From: Alphaproteobacteria bacterium
GTDB taxonomy: Bacteria; Pseudomonadota; Alphaproteobacteria; UBA828
Length of the DNA: 64,000 bases
Assembly (NCBI GenBank): GCA_963422645.2
Contig: CAXXVO010000004.1
Coordinates: forward strand, 288,001-352,000
Reading direction: 5' to 3'
The notes beneath the pieces were generated by a model that saw nothing but the letters and a program-made list of their open reading frames with translations, searched no databases and was not told where the DNA came from. Numbering within the stretch: the stretch's first letter is position 1; every line of letters begins with the position of its first letter. The position numbers were made by a program, and so were the translations under genes. Positions 51,278 to 62,040 of the stretch are shown here, piece after piece.

Positions 51278-52312
51278 ATGCAAGACCAGAAAATTCCCGC
51301 GACCGTGATCACCGGCTTCCTCGGTGCCGGCAAGACCAGCCTCATCCGCCACGCGCTGGGGGCCGCGAGCGGCCGGCGCATCGCGCTCATCATCAACGAG
51401 TTCGGCGATCTCGGGATCGATCAGGAGGTGCTGCAGGGTTGCGGCGACGAGTCCTGCGACGAGACCGATATCGTCGAGCTCGCCAACGGCTGCATCTGCT
51501 GCACCGTGGCCGACGACTTCGTGCCGGCGATCGAGGCGCTGCTCGCCCGCGAGCCCGCGCCCGAGCACATCCTGATCGAGACCTCGGGCCTCGCGCTGCC
51601 GAAGCCGCTCGTCGCCGCCTTCAATTGGCCCGAGATCCGCACCCGGCTCACCGTGGACGGCGTGGTCGCGGTGGTGGACGGCCCGGCGCTGGCGGAGGGC
51701 CGCTTCGCGGACGACGAAGACGCGCTGCAGGCCCACCGGGAGGCGGACGAGGCGCTGGATCATGAGTCGCCCTTAGCCGAGGTGTTCGAAGACCAGATCG
51801 GCTGCGCCGACATGGTGATCCTCAACAAGGCCGACCTGCTGGCCGCAAACGGCGCCGATGAGGGCGCGGCGCGCCTGACACCGCACCTCCGCCCCGGTGC
51901 CCGCGTGGTCAAGGCGGCCCACGGGCGCGTGCCGCCGGACCTGCTTCTCGGCCTCGATGCGGCAGCGGAAGCCGATCTCGCGAGCCGCCGCTCGCACCAC
52001 GACGACCTCGACGAGCCGCACGACCACGACGAGTTCGAGAGCTTCGTCATGGCGCCCGGCGTGATTGACGACCCGGCCGCCTTCGCCACCCGGCTCGGCG
52101 CCGCTGCGGACGCACATGGCCTGCTGCGCGCCAAGGGCTTCCTCGATGTCGCGGGGAAGCGCCGTCGCCTGGTGGTGCAGGCGGTCGGCACCCGCGTGGA
52201 CCGTCACTTCGACCGCGATTGGCGCGCGGGCGAGGTACGCGAGAGCCGTCTCGTCGTGATCGGCCTCGCGCCCCTGGATCGCGCGGCCGTCGAAGCGGCG
52301 ATCAGAGACTAG
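51278..52312 (+). CDS. cobW: Cobalamin biosynthesis GTPase CobW
   Basis: GFLGAGKT, GCICCTVADDF, ETSGLALPKPL, His-rich segment. Confidence 0.94.
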   Translation: MQDQKIPATVITGFLGAGKTSLIRHALGAASGRRIALIINEFGDLGIDQEVLQGCGDESCDETDIVELANGCICCTVADDFVPAIEALLAREPAPEHILIETSGLALPKPLVAAFNWPEIRTRLTVDGVVAVVDGPALAEGRFADDEDALQAHREADEALDHESPLAEVFEDQIGCADMVILNKADLLAANGADEGAARLTPHLRPGARVVKAAHGRVPPDLLLGLDAAAEADLASRRSHHDDLDEPHDHDEFESFVMAPGVIDDPAAFATRLGAAADAHGLLRAKGFLDVAGKRRRLVVQAVGTRVDRHFDRDWRAGEVRESRLVVIGLAPLDRAAVEAAIRD

Positions 52313-52322
52313 GAGCTCAGTC

Positions 52323-55300
52323 TTGCACCTGCTTGCCGCGCAGCCCGGCGCCATCGAGGACGGCGCCGACGCGGTGGACCTCGGCCAGTCGCCGGGGGAC
52401 ATCGTGCTGCTCTCCGCCGCCGATACCGAGCTCGCCTGCTTCGCCCAGGCCCAGGCAAGGCTCGGCGCGGGCGCGCCCACGCTCCGCCTTGCGAACCTCA
52501 TGCAGCTCGGCCACAACCTCTCGGTCGACCGCTACGCCGACCACGTGATTGGCGGCGCCAGGCTGGTGATCGTGCGGCTCCTGGGCGGCGAGAGCTACTG
52601 GCCCTACGGCGTCGAGCGGCTGACCGAGGTCTGCACCGAGCGCGGCATTCCCGTCGCCTGGCTGCCGGGTGACGACAAGCCCGATGCCGGGCTCGCCGCG
52701 CGCGGCACCCTTGCGCCGGAGGCGGCCGAGATGCTCTGGCGCTACTGCACCCAGGGCGGCATCGACAATGCCGAGCACGCGCTGCGCTACGCTGCCGCGC
52801 TGATCGGGCACGACACGGCCTGGCGCCCGCCCCGTCCGGTGCCCCGCGCGGGCCTCTATTGGCCGGGCGACGGCGTACTCGCCCTTGAAGACCTGATGCA
52901 GCGCTGGCGCGACGGCGCGCCGAAGGCGTGCGTGGTCTTCTACCGGGCGCTGCTCCAAGCCGGCTCGCTCGCGCCAGTCGATGCGCTGGTGGCGGGGCTG
53001 CGCGAGGCGGGGCTCGACCCGCTGCCGATTTTCGTCACCAGCCTGCGCGATGCCCCGGCGGCGGAGCTGATCGGCACACTCATGCGCACGACGGAGCCCG
53101 CGATCGTGCTCAACGCGACGGGCTTCGCCGTCTCCCGCCCCGGCGCGCCCAAGGAAACCCCCTTCGCTCAAGCCGGCGTGCCCGTACTGCAAGCCATCTT
53201 CGCGGGCGCCACCGAGCGGCAATGGGCTGAGGCCACGCGCGGCCTCTCGCCCCGCGACATCGCCATGAACGTGGCGCTGCCCGAGGTGGACGGACGCATC
53301 CTCACCCGTGCGGTCGCGTTCAAGACCGAGGCCCGCTTCGACCAGGCCACGCAAGCGCCCATCGTGGTGTCGGAGGCGAACCAGGATCGCTGCCGCTTCG
53401 TCGCAGCCCTCGCCGCTGCCTGGGTGCGCCTCGCGCGCGCCGCGCCGGCGAAGCGCCGCGTCGCCCTGATCCTTGCCAACTATCCCAACCGCGACGGGCG
53501 CATCGGCAACGGCGTCGGTCTCGACACGCCAGCGAGCACGGTCCGCATCATGGACGCCCTCGCCGAGGCCGGCTACAGGGTGGAGCGCCCGCCGGCGGAC
53601 GGCGCCGCGTTGATGGCGCGTCTCACGGCAGGCCCTACCAACGCCGCCGACGCTGCGGAGCGTCCGGCCGAGACCACGCTCCCTCTCGCCGATTACGCGC
53701 GCTTCTTCACCGCGCTGCCCGAGCCTGTGCAGGCAACGGTCACCGAGCGCTGGGGCCAGCCCGAGGCAGACCCCTTCTTCCGTACGGCCGAGGGGTGCTT
53801 CGCTCTGCCTGCCGTGCGTTTCGGCAACGTGGTCGTCGCGATCCAGCCGGCACGGGGCTACAACATCGACCCGGAGAAGAGCTACCACGACCCCGGCCTG
53901 CCGCCGCCCCACGGCTATCTCGCCTTCTACGCTTGGCTGCGCACCGCCTTCGACGCCCATGCGGTGGTGCACGTGGGCAAGCACGGCAACGTGGAATGGC
54001 TGCCGGGCAAGGCGCTTGCGCTCTCCGCCGAGTGCTTTCCGGAAGCCGCGCTCGGCCCGCTCCCGCACGTCTATCCCTTCATCGTGAACGACCCCGGCGA
54101 GGGCAGTCAGGCCAAGCGGCGGGGCGCGGCCGTGATCGTCGACCATCTGACTCCGCCGCTCACCCGTGCCGGCAGCCACGGCGCGCTGGAGGAGCTGGAG
54201 CGGCTGGTTGACGAATTCTTCGACGCCGCCTCGGTCGATCCGCGCCGGTGTGCGCCCTTGAGCACGCGCATCCTGGAGCTTGCCGCGTCTGCCGGGCTCG
54301 ACCAGGATTGCGGCATCCGGGCTGCCGACGGCAGCGACGAGGCGCTCCGCAAGCTCGACGGCTATCTCTGCGAAATCAAGGAGATGCAGATCCGCGACGG
54401 CCTCCATGTCTTCGGCGAAGCGCCGGCGCCGGAGCGCCGCATCGAGCTCCTGCGTGCGATCGCGCGGAGCGTGCGCGGGCCCGGCGCAAGTGAGGCTTCC
54501 CTCTTGCGCGCGCTCGCCGACGATCTTGCCCTCGGCATCGACCCCCTCTCGGCTCCGCTCGGCGACCCGTGGCGTGGCCCGCGCCCCGAGGCCCTCGCCA
54601 ACGGCGCGTCCTGGCGCAGCACGGGAGACACGGTCGAGCGGCTGGAGACTCTGGCCGCCAGCCTGATCGCCGGCGCCTTTCGCCTGCCCGAGGAATGGGC
54701 TACCAGCGCCGCCGTGCTGCGCGAGGTTGAGGACACCATCGGGCCTGCGCTGGATGCGAGCGCGGAGGCGGAGACCGCAGGCCTGCTCACCGCGCTCGAC
54801 GGCCGCTTCGTGGCACCGGGCGCCGCCGGTGCGCCGACGCGCGGGCGGCCGGATGTGCTGCCCACGGGCCGGAACTTCTATTCGGTGGATACGCGCCAGG
54901 TGCCGACCGCCGCGGCCTGGCAACTCGGCTGGAAATCGGCGCAGCTTCTGGTGGAGCATTACGCCCAGACTCACGGCGACTGGCCGCGGGCGATGGCGCT
55001 CAGCGCCTGGGGCACGTCCAACATGCGCACGGGCGGGGACGATATCGCCCAGGCTTTGGCGCTCATCGGCGCGCGCCCGCGCTGGGAGGGGCCATCCGGC
55101 CGCGTCACCGGCTTCGAGATCATGCCGCTCGGCCTGCTGGATCGGCCCCGGGTGGACGTGACGCTCCGGGTCTCGGGCTTCTTCCGCGACGCCTTCCCCG
55201 GCCTGATCGACCTCTTCGATTCCGCCGTGCGCGCCGTCGCGGCCCTCGACGAGGGGCCGGAGGACAACCCGCTCGCCGCCAAGGTCGCCGCCGATGCCGC

Positions 55301-56063
55301 GACGCTCGCGCAGGAGGGCGCGCCGGAGGCACGGGCCCGGCGCCTGGCCTCCTACCGGGTCTTCGGCTCCAAGCCCGGTGCCTACGGCGCGGGCCTCCAG
55401 GCGCTGATCGACGAGCGCGGCTGGCAGGACGCGAGCGATTTCGCCCAGGCCTACGTCGCCTGGGGCGGCTGGGCCTACGGCGCGGGCGAAGGCGGCGCGG
55501 CCGAGCACAAGCTCTTCGAGCGCAGGCTCGGCGCGGTCGAGGCGGTAGTGCAGAACCAGGACAACCGCGAGCACGACCTCCTGGACAGCGACGACTACTA
55601 CCAGTTCGAGGGCGGCTTGGCCGCGGCGGTGACGGTCCATGCCGGCCGCGCGCCCGCGCTTTACCACAACGACCATTCGGTGCCCGACAATCCTCGCATC
55701 CGCACGCTTGCCGACGAGCTCGGCCGCGTGGTCCACGCGCGCGTGACCAACCCCAAGTGGATCCAGGGCGTCATGCGCCACGGCTACAAGGGCGCCTTCG
55801 AGATCGCGGCGACGGTGGACTACCTCTTCGCCTTCGCCGCCACCACCGGTGCGGTGAAGGACCACCATTTCGACGCGGTGTTCGACGCCTACGTAGCCGA
55901 CGACGATGTGCGGGGGTTCATGGAGGACGCGAACCCGGCGGCGCTGCGCGAGCTTGCCGAGCGACTGCTGGAGGCACAGGAGCGGAGCCTCTGGCGGCCT
56001 CGCGCGAACCACGCGCATGCGCTGCTCGCGGCGCTCCGCGACGGCAGGCAGGAGGTGCTTTGA
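52323..56063 (+). CDS. cobN: Cobaltochelatase subunit CobN
   Basis: MHLLAAQPG, HVGKHGNVEWLPGK, LPTGRNFY; 1246 aa. Confidence 0.96.
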   Translation: MHLLAAQPGAIEDGADAVDLGQSPGDIVLLSAADTELACFAQAQARLGAGAPTLRLANLMQLGHNLSVDRYADHVIGGARLVIVRLLGGESYWPYGVERLTEVCTERGIPVAWLPGDDKPDAGLAARGTLAPEAAEMLWRYCTQGGIDNAEHALRYAAALIGHDTAWRPPRPVPRAGLYWPGDGVLALEDLMQRWRDGAPKACVVFYRALLQAGSLAPVDALVAGLREAGLDPLPIFVTSLRDAPAAELIGTLMRTTEPAIVLNATGFAVSRPGAPKETPFAQAGVPVLQAIFAGATERQWAEATRGLSPRDIAMNVALPEVDGRILTRAVAFKTEARFDQATQAPIVVSEANQDRCRFVAALAAAWVRLARAAPAKRRVALILANYPNRDGRIGNGVGLDTPASTVRIMDALAEAGYRVERPPADGAALMARLTAGPTNAADAAERPAETTLPLADYARFFTALPEPVQATVTERWGQPEADPFFRTAEGCFALPAVRFGNVVVAIQPARGYNIDPEKSYHDPGLPPPHGYLAFYAWLRTAFDAHAVVHVGKHGNVEWLPGKALALSAECFPEAALGPLPHVYPFIVNDPGEGSQAKRRGAAVIVDHLTPPLTRAGSHGALEELERLVDEFFDAASVDPRRCAPLSTRILELAASAGLDQDCGIRAADGSDEALRKLDGYLCEIKEMQIRDGLHVFGEAPAPERRIELLRAIARSVRGPGASEASLLRALADDLALGIDPLSAPLGDPWRGPRPEALANGASWRSTGDTVERLETLAASLIAGAFRLPEEWATSAAVLREVEDTIGPALDASAEAETAGLLTALDGRFVAPGAAGAPTRGRPDVLPTGRNFYSVDTRQVPTAAAWQLGWKSAQLLVEHYAQTHGDWPRAMALSAWGTSNMRTGGDDIAQALALIGARPRWEGPSGRVTGFEIMPLGLLDRPRVDVTLRVSGFFRDAFPGLIDLFDSAVRAVAALDEGPEDNPLAAKVAADAATLAQEGAPEARARRLASYRVFGSKPGAYGAGLQALIDERGWQDASDFAQAYVAWGGWAYGAGEGGAAEHKLFERRLGAVEAVVQNQDNREHDLLDSDDYYQFEGGLAAAVTVHAGRAPALYHNDHSVPDNPRIRTLADELGRVVHARVTNPKWIQGVMRHGYKGAFEIAATVDYLFAFAATTGAVKDHHFDAVFDAYVADDDVRGFMEDANPAALRELAERLLEAQERSLWRPRANHAHALLAALRDGRQEVL

Positions 56064-56686
56064 TGCCACGCGAGACCCAGACCGAGGCCGAGCTGGACCA
56101 ACGCCATGCCGAGAAGATGCGCAAGCGCAAGGCGGCGCGCGAGCGCATGCTGGCCACCAAGACCATCGAGAAGGGCCTGCTGATCGTCCACACCGGCAAG
56201 GGCAAGGGCAAGTCGACCGCCGCCTTCGGCCTCGCCGCACGCGCCATCGGCAACGGCATGAAGGTGGGCGTGGTGCAGTTCGTGAAGGGCAAGTGGGCGA
56301 CCGGCGAGCGCGTGGTGCTGGAGCGCTTCCCCGACCTCGTCACGGTTCGCGTGATGGGCGAGGGTTTCACCTGGGATACGCAGGACCGCCAGCGCGACAT
56401 CGCCGCCGCCAAGAGGGCGTGGGAGTCGGCCAAGGAGTTCCTCGCGGACCCCTCCTATCGCCTCGTGGTGCTCGACGAGCTCAACATCGTGCTGCGCTAT
56501 GACTATCTGGACCTCGACGAGGTGCTCGCCGGGCTCGCCGCGCGCGATCAGGGCCAGCACGTCGTGGTCACCGGCCGCAACGCCAAGCCCGCGCTGATCG
56601 AGCTGGCCGATCTCGTGACCGAGATGACACAGATCAAGCATCCCTTCCGCGCCGGCGTGAAGGCGCAGGTGGGCATCGAATTTTGA
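56063..56686 (+). CDS. cobO: Cob(I)yrinic acid a,c-diamide adenosyltransferase
   Basis: [34 protein letters not shown]. Confidence 0.95.
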   Translation: MPRETQTEAELDQRHAEKMRKRKAARERMLATKTIEKGLLIVHTGKGKGKSTAAFGLAARAIGNGMKVGVVQFVKGKWATGERVVLERFPDLVTVRVMGEGFTWDTQDRQRDIAAAKRAWESAKEFLADPSYRLVVLDELNIVLRYDYLDLDEVLAGLAARDQGQHVVVTGRNAKPALIELADLVTEMTQIKHPFRAGVKAQVGIEF

Positions 56687-58185
56687 TGACAGACGCTACC
56701 CGCAGGCCTCCGGCCCTGATGTTTCAGGGCACGGGCTCCAACGTCGGCAAGTCCCTGCTGGTCGCGGGCCTCTGCCGGGCTTACGCAGCGCACGGGCTCC
56801 AGGTGCGTCCCTTCAAGCCGCAGAACATGTCCAACAACGCCGCGGTCGCAGGCGACGGGCGCGAAATCGGCCGCGCCCAGGCGCTCCAGGCCCGCGCCGC
56901 CGGCATCGAGCCCTCGGTTGACATGAACCCGGTGCTGCTCAAGCCCGAAAGTGAGCACGGCGCCCAGGTGGTGGTGCAGGGCAGCGTCACCGGCACTGCC
57001 GACGCGCGGGGCTACCACGCGCTCAAGGCCGAGCTCATGCCGCGCGTACTGGAGAGCTTCGAGCGGCTCGGGCAGGACGCCGACCTGATCCTGGTGGAAG
57101 GCGCGGGCAGCCCGGCCGAGGTCAACCTGCGGGAAAACGACATCGCCAACATGGGCTTCGCCCTGGCCGCCGGCATGCCCGTGGCGCTGGTGGGCGATGT
57201 GGATCGGGGCGGCGTGATCGCGAGCCTGGTCGGCACGGCGGCATTGCTGCCGGCGGCGGAACGCGCACTCACCAAGGGCTTCATCATCAACAAGTTCCGG
57301 GGCGATGCCACGCTCTTCGACGATGCGAACGCGATCATCGAAGAGAAGACCGGATGGGCCGCACTCGGCCTCGTGCCCTGGTTCGAGGGCGCAAGGCTGC
57401 TCCCCGCCGAGGACAGCGTGGGCCTGGACTCCACACCGGCGGTACCGGCGGCGACGGCTCCGCGCGGCCGCGCGATCAAGATCGCCGTCCCCCGCCTGCC
57501 GCGCATCTCCAACACCGACGACCTCGATCCCCTTCGCGCCGAGCCCGATGCCATGCTCGACATCGTGCCGCCGGGCCGTGCGCTGCCGGGGGATGCCGAC
57601 CTCGTGCTGCTGCCGGGGAGCAAGGCCACCCGCAGCGACCTCGCGGCGCTGCACGCCGAGGGCTGGGCGCTCGACATCCAGGCGCACGTGCGGCGCGGCG
57701 GCTGGGTGGTGGGCCTCTGCGGCGGCTACCAGATGCTGGGCCAGCGCGTCGCCGATCCCGCCGGCGTCGAGGGGCCGCCGGGGGAGACCCCGGGTCTCGG
57801 CCTGCTCGATGTCGAGACGGTGATGAGCGCGGGCAAGCGCCTGGTCCGCACGTCGGGGCACGCGAGTGAGGGCGGCGAGGCAGTCGCGGGCTACGAAATG
57901 CACATGGGCCGCACCAGGGGACCCGACACCGCGCGTCCGCTAGTCACACTGGAAAGCGGCCCTGACGGTGCGCGGGCGGCGAACGGCCGGGTCATGGGCT
58001 GCTACCTGCACGGGCTCTTCGCCGCCGACGGCTTCCGCCGCGCCTTCCTCGGCCGGCTGCGGCGGCGGGAGACGACCGGCATCGCCTACGACGCCCTGGT
58101 GGAAGAGACGCTCGACGCCCTCGGCGCCCATCTGGAGGCCCATCTCGACCTCGACCGCCTGCTGGAGGTGGCCCGTGCGCGCTGA
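56686..58185 (+). CDS. cobQ: Cobyric acid synthase
   Basis: [42 protein letters not shown]. Confidence 0.96.
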   Translation: MTDATRRPPALMFQGTGSNVGKSLLVAGLCRAYAAHGLQVRPFKPQNMSNNAAVAGDGREIGRAQALQARAAGIEPSVDMNPVLLKPESEHGAQVVVQGSVTGTADARGYHALKAELMPRVLESFERLGQDADLILVEGAGSPAEVNLRENDIANMGFALAAGMPVALVGDVDRGGVIASLVGTAALLPAAERALTKGFIINKFRGDATLFDDANAIIEEKTGWAALGLVPWFEGARLLPAEDSVGLDSTPAVPAATAPRGRAIKIAVPRLPRISNTDDLDPLRAEPDAMLDIVPPGRALPGDADLVLLPGSKATRSDLAALHAEGWALDIQAHVRRGGWVVGLCGGYQMLGQRVADPAGVEGPPGETPGLGLLDVETVMSAGKRLVRTSGHASEGGEAVAGYEMHMGRTRGPDTARPLVTLESGPDGARAANGRVMGCYLHGLFAADGFRRAFLGRLRRRETTGIAYDALVEETLDALGAHLEAHLDLDRLLEVARAR

Positions 58186-58192
58186 GCCTCGG

Positions 58193-59191
58193 CTACGTCG
58201 TGCCGAGCACCATACCCGCGGCGATGGCGGCGGTAAGCACCGCCACCAGCGCGCAGGCCGCCGCGAAAACCCACACCGTGCGCCTGAGATCGCCCGCCGT
58301 TGCGTCCCGGCGCCCGTCGCCGAGCCAGGCTTCGTCCGCCGCTGCCTCGCCCTCGTAATTGCGCGGCCCCAGCAGCGCGAGGCCCAGTGCGCCTGCCATC
58401 GCGGCCTCGGGCCAGCCGGCGTTGGGCGAGCTGTGCCGGGGGGCGTCGCGCAGCATGGTGCGCCACGCCGTGCCCGGCGCGGCGCCGGGCACGGCGAGTG
58501 CCGCCAGCGCGACCAGCCCGCCCGCAATCCGCGCCGGCACCCAGTTCACCGCATCGTCGATGCGCGCCGCCGCGCGGCCGAAGGCATGGTGCCGGGGCGA
58601 GCGGTGGCCGATCATGCTGTCCATGGTGTTGATCGCCTTGTAGGCGAAGAGCCCCGGCAGGCCGAGCAGCAGGTACCAGAAGGCCGGCGCCACCACGCCG
58701 TCGGAATAGTTCTCGGCGCCGCTCTCGATCGCCGCGCGCGCGATGCCGTGCTCGTCAAGGGCGCGGAGGTCGCGGCCCACGATGTGCCGCACCGCCTCCC
58801 GCGCCGGTTCCGCGCCGCGATCCAGCGCCCGCGCCACCCGCATCAGGTGATCGGCCATGTCGCGCTGGGCGAGCAGCATCGCGACCAGCGCGAGCTCGGC
58901 GAGCCAGCCCCAGCCGAGGGCGGCCGCAGAATAGGCGACCGCCCAGCCGGCGGCGGCGCTCGCACCCACCACCAGCAGCACCGCGACCCCTCCGAGGAAC
59001 GCCCGGGCGCTCTCGCCGTGCCCCTCCCAATTGAGGGCACGGTCGAGGAGGCCGGTGAGCCAGCCCATCAGGCGGACCGGGTGCGGCAGCCAGCGCGGGT
59101 CGCCGATCAGCGCGTCGAGCGCGAGCGCGAGCAGCAGGATGAAGGGCGCCGCCGGGCCGATCGGCCAGTCGGGCGCGGCGAAGAGGAGCAT
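58193..59191 (-). CDS. cobD: Adenosylcobinamide-phosphate synthase CobD/CbiB
   Basis: GDPRWLPHPV, IVGRD, AENYSDGVVAP, YKAINTMDSMIG, SPNAGWPEAA. Confidence 0.95.
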   Translation of the reverse strand: MLLFAAPDWPIGPAAPFILLLALALDALIGDPRWLPHPVRLMGWLTGLLDRALNWEGHGESARAFLGGVAVLLVVGASAAAGWAVAYSAAALGWGWLAELALVAMLLAQRDMADHLMRVARALDRGAEPAREAVRHIVGRDLRALDEHGIARAAIESGAENYSDGVVAPAFWYLLLGLPGLFAYKAINTMDSMIGHRSPRHHAFGRAAARIDDAVNWVPARIAGGLVALAALAVPGAAPGTAWRTMLRDAPRHSSPNAGWPEAAMAGALGLALLGPRNYEGEAAADEAWLGDGRRDATAGDLRRTVWVFAAACALVAVLTAAIAAGMVLGTT

Positions 59192-59247
59192 CGGTCCACA
59201 ATGAAAAGCCTACGCATTGCGGTCAATGGACGGAAGGGAGGCAAGCA

Positions 59248-60201
59248 ATGAGCGCGCCGGCGGTGTTGCTCTGCGGCCACGGCAGCCGCGACGATGCGGC
59301 GGTGGCCGAGTTCGAGCACCTGGCCGAGGTGGTCGCCGCGCGCCTGCCGCATCGCCAGGTGCGCCACGGCTTCCTTGAATTCGCCAGGCCCACAATCGGC
59401 AGCACGCTGGAGGCGATGCGGGACTCGGGCGCCAGCGCCATCGATGCCGTGCCCGGCATGCTCTTCGCCGCCGGACACGCGAAGAACGACATCCCCTCGG
59501 TGCTCAACGGCTTCGCCGCCGCCAATCCCGATCTCACGGTCCGTTACGGCCGCGATCTCGCGGTCGATCCGCTGCTGCTCCGCGCCGCGGCGGAGCGCAT
59601 TGAGGCCACGCAGGAACCCGGTGACGCTCCGCCCGCCGACAGCCTCCTCGTCGTGGTCGGTCGTGGCACCTCCGACCCCGACGCCAACAGCAACATCGCC
59701 AAGGTCACCCGCATGCTGTGGGAAGGTCTGGGCTTCGGCTGGGCGGAAACCTGTTTCAGCGGCGTCACCACGCCTCTCGTGAGTCCTGCGCTCGAACGAA
59801 TCGCGGGCTTCGGCTTCCAGCGCATCGTTGTCTTCCCCTACTTCCTCTTCACCGGCGTTCTGGTGCGGCGCATCTACGACGCGGTGGACGAGGCAGCCCG
59901 CGCCCACCCGGCGATCGCCTTCCGCAAGGCCGCCTATCTCAACGACCACCCGCTGGTGGTGGACGCCTTCCTCGCCCGGATCGCCGAAATCCCCGAGGGC
60001 GACAACCGCATGAATTGCCAGCTCTGCAAGTATCGCGAGCAGATCATCGGCCACGAGGGCGATCTCGGCGCGCCCCAGGTGGGCCATCACCACCATGTCG
60101 AGGGCATCGGCACCGATGCGGACCACGCCGGCGGCCACGGGCACGGCCATCACCACCACGACCACGGATCGGACGGACATGGCGGTCACGGCCACGGCTG
60201 A
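59248..60201 (+). CDS. cbiX: Sirohydrochlorin chelatase CbiX with His-rich tail
   Basis: GHGSRD, HAKNDIP, GRGTSDPDAN, MNCQLCKY, poly-His C-terminus. Confidence 0.88.
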   Translation: MSAPAVLLCGHGSRDDAAVAEFEHLAEVVAARLPHRQVRHGFLEFARPTIGSTLEAMRDSGASAIDAVPGMLFAAGHAKNDIPSVLNGFAAANPDLTVRYGRDLAVDPLLLRAAAERIEATQEPGDAPPADSLLVVVGRGTSDPDANSNIAKVTRMLWEGLGFGWAETCFSGVTTPLVSPALERIAGFGFQRIVVFPYFLFTGVLVRRIYDAVDEAARAHPAIAFRKAAYLNDHPLVVDAFLARIAEIPEGDNRMNCQLCKYREQIIGHEGDLGAPQVGHHHHVEGIGTDADHAGGHGHGHHHHDHGSDGHGGHGHG

Positions 60202-60835
60202 CTACCTGCGCGACCCGGACGGAATCACGCGGCGCTCCTTCGCCATCATCCGGCGGGAGACCGATGTCGCTGGCCTGCCGGCGGACCTGGTGGACGTCGC
60301 CTACCGCATGGTTCATGCCTCCGGCATGACCGATCTGGTGGCGGACCTCACCTTCTCGGCCAATGTGGCGGACGCGGCGCGCGCCGCGCTCGCCGCGGGC
60401 GCCCCCATCCTTGCGGACTGCCAGATGGTGGCGTCCGGCATCTCCCGCGGCCGGCTTGCGGCAGGCAACGAGGTGATCTGCACGCTTGGCGCAAAAGGCC
60501 TCGCCGAGCGCGCGGCGTCCGCCCGGACCACGCGCTCGGCGGCGGCGGTGGAGCTCTGGCAGCCACACGTTGCGGGCGCGCTCTGCGTGATCGGCAACGC
60601 GCCTACTGCGCTCTTCCGCCTGCTGGAGCTGCTGGCCGAAGGCGCGTCCCGGCCGGCTGCGATCATCGCGACACCCCCCGGCTTCGTCGGCGCGAGCGAA
60701 GCCAAGGCGGCGCTTGCGGAGGGGAGCCACGGCGTGCCCTTCCTCACCCTGCTGGGCCGGCGGGGCGGCAGCGCGGTCGCGGCGGCGGTGGTGAACGCGC
60801 TCGCGGCACCGCCCGAGGCCGAGCGCAATCCATGA
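60179..60835 (+). CDS. cobH: Precorrin-8X methylmutase
   Basis: RSFAIIR, TRSAAA, IGNAPTAL, GRRGGSA. Confidence 0.94.
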   Translation: MAVTATADYLRDPDGITRRSFAIIRRETDVAGLPADLVDVAYRMVHASGMTDLVADLTFSANVADAARAALAAGAPILADCQMVASGISRGRLAAGNEVICTLGAKGLAERAASARTTRSAAAVELWQPHVAGALCVIGNAPTALFRLLELLAEGASRPAAIIATPPGFVGASEAKAALAEGSHGVPFLTLLGRRGGSAVAAAVVNALAAPPEAERNP

Positions 60836-62040
60836 GCGGCTGGCTCACGGTCATCGGCCTCGGCGAGGACGGGCCGGATGCGCTCGCCCCCACCGCCCGC
60901 GCGCTGATCGACCGGGCAGAGGTGCTGATCGGCGGCGAACGGCATCTCGCCATGATCCCGGACGGCACGGCCCGCCGCCTGACGTGGCGCCGGCCGCTGT
61001 CGGAGGCCATGGACGATATCCGCGCCGTGAGCGGTCAGCAGGTCGTCGTGCTGGCGACCGGTGATCCCTTCTGCTTCGGCATCGGCACGACGCTTCGCCG
61101 CGCCTTCCCCGACGAGGAGATCGTGACCATCCCGGCACCGTCGGCCTTCAGTCTCGCCCGCGCCCGCCTCGGCTGGAGCGCCGATGAGACCGTGGGCGTG
61201 ACCCTGCACGGCCGCCCGCTGGAGACCATTCGCGCCTACCTCGCGCCCGGGCAGCGGCTGCTGGTGCTCTCCCACGACGGGGCGACGCCGGCCCAGGTTG
61301 CGGCGCAGCTCACCGTCGTTGGCTATGGCGCGAGCACGCTCACCGTCTTCGCCCACATGGGCGGGCCCGCCGAGGCCTGCGCCACCGAACGCGCCGAGTG
61401 CTGGGGTGAGACGCAGGTGCCGGACCTCAACACCATCGCCGTGGACTGCCGGGCGGAAGGCAAGGTGAAGCGCTTTCGCGGCGCACCCGGCCTGCCGGAC
61501 CGCGCGTTCGAGAACGACGGACAGCTCACCAAGCGCGAGATCCGGGTGCAGACGTTGAGCGCGCTCGATCCGCGACCGGGCGCTCTGCTCTGGGACGTGG
61601 GCGCGGGCTCCGGCTCGGTGGCGATCGAATGGCTCCTGAGCGAGCGCACTTGCAACGCCATCGCGATCGAGCGCGACGCTGACCGCTGCGCCCGCATCGC
61701 CCGCAACGCCGCGGCCCTCGGCGTGCCCCGCCTCCAGGTGCAGGAGGGAGCGGCGCCCGCGGCGCTGGAGCTCCTGCCGGAGCCCGACGCGCTCTTCATC
61801 GGCGGCGGGCTCACGGTCGGCGGCCTGATCGAGACCTGCTGGTCGAGGCTCGCGCCCGGCGGCATCTTGGTGGCCAACGCCGTTACCGTCGCCGGCGAGG
61901 CGGTGCTCGCCGACTGGTGCGCGCGCCACGAGGGCTTCATGGCACGCCTCGCGGTCTCCCGCGCACGCCCCGTGGGCCGCCACCTCGCCTGGCGCCCGCT
62001 GATGCCGGTGACGCAACTCACGCTGGTCAAGCCGCTATGA
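60832..62040 (+). CDS. cobL: Precorrin-6Y C5,15-methyltransferase (CbiE/CbiT)
   Basis: GDPFCFGIG, GQLTKREIR, WDVGAGSGS. Confidence 0.94.
   Translation: MSGWLTVIGLGEDGPDALAPTARALIDRAEVLIGGERHLAMIPDGTARRLTWRRPLSEAMDDIRAVSGQQVVVLATGDPFCFGIGTTLRRAFPDEEIVTIPAPSAFSLARARLGWSADETVGVTLHGRPLETIRAYLAPGQRLLVLSHDGATPAQVAAQLTVVGYGASTLTVFAHMGGPAEACATERAECWGETQVPDLNTIAVDCRAEGKVKRFRGAPGLPDRAFENDGQLTKREIRVQTLSALDPRPGALLWDVGAGSGSVAIEWLLSERTCNAIAIERDADRCARIARNAAALGVPRLQVQEGAAPAALELLPEPDALFIGGGLTVGGLIETCWSRLAPGGILVANAVTVAGEAVLADWCARHEGFMARLAVSRARPVGRHLAWRPLMPVTQLTLVKPL

Noticed and set aside
52317-56240. 1307-aa minus-strand ORF and similar long antisense ORFs (5409-7157, 25747-27957, 30019-31887)
   Set aside because: Shadows of high-GC genes on the opposite strand; no recognisable motifs.
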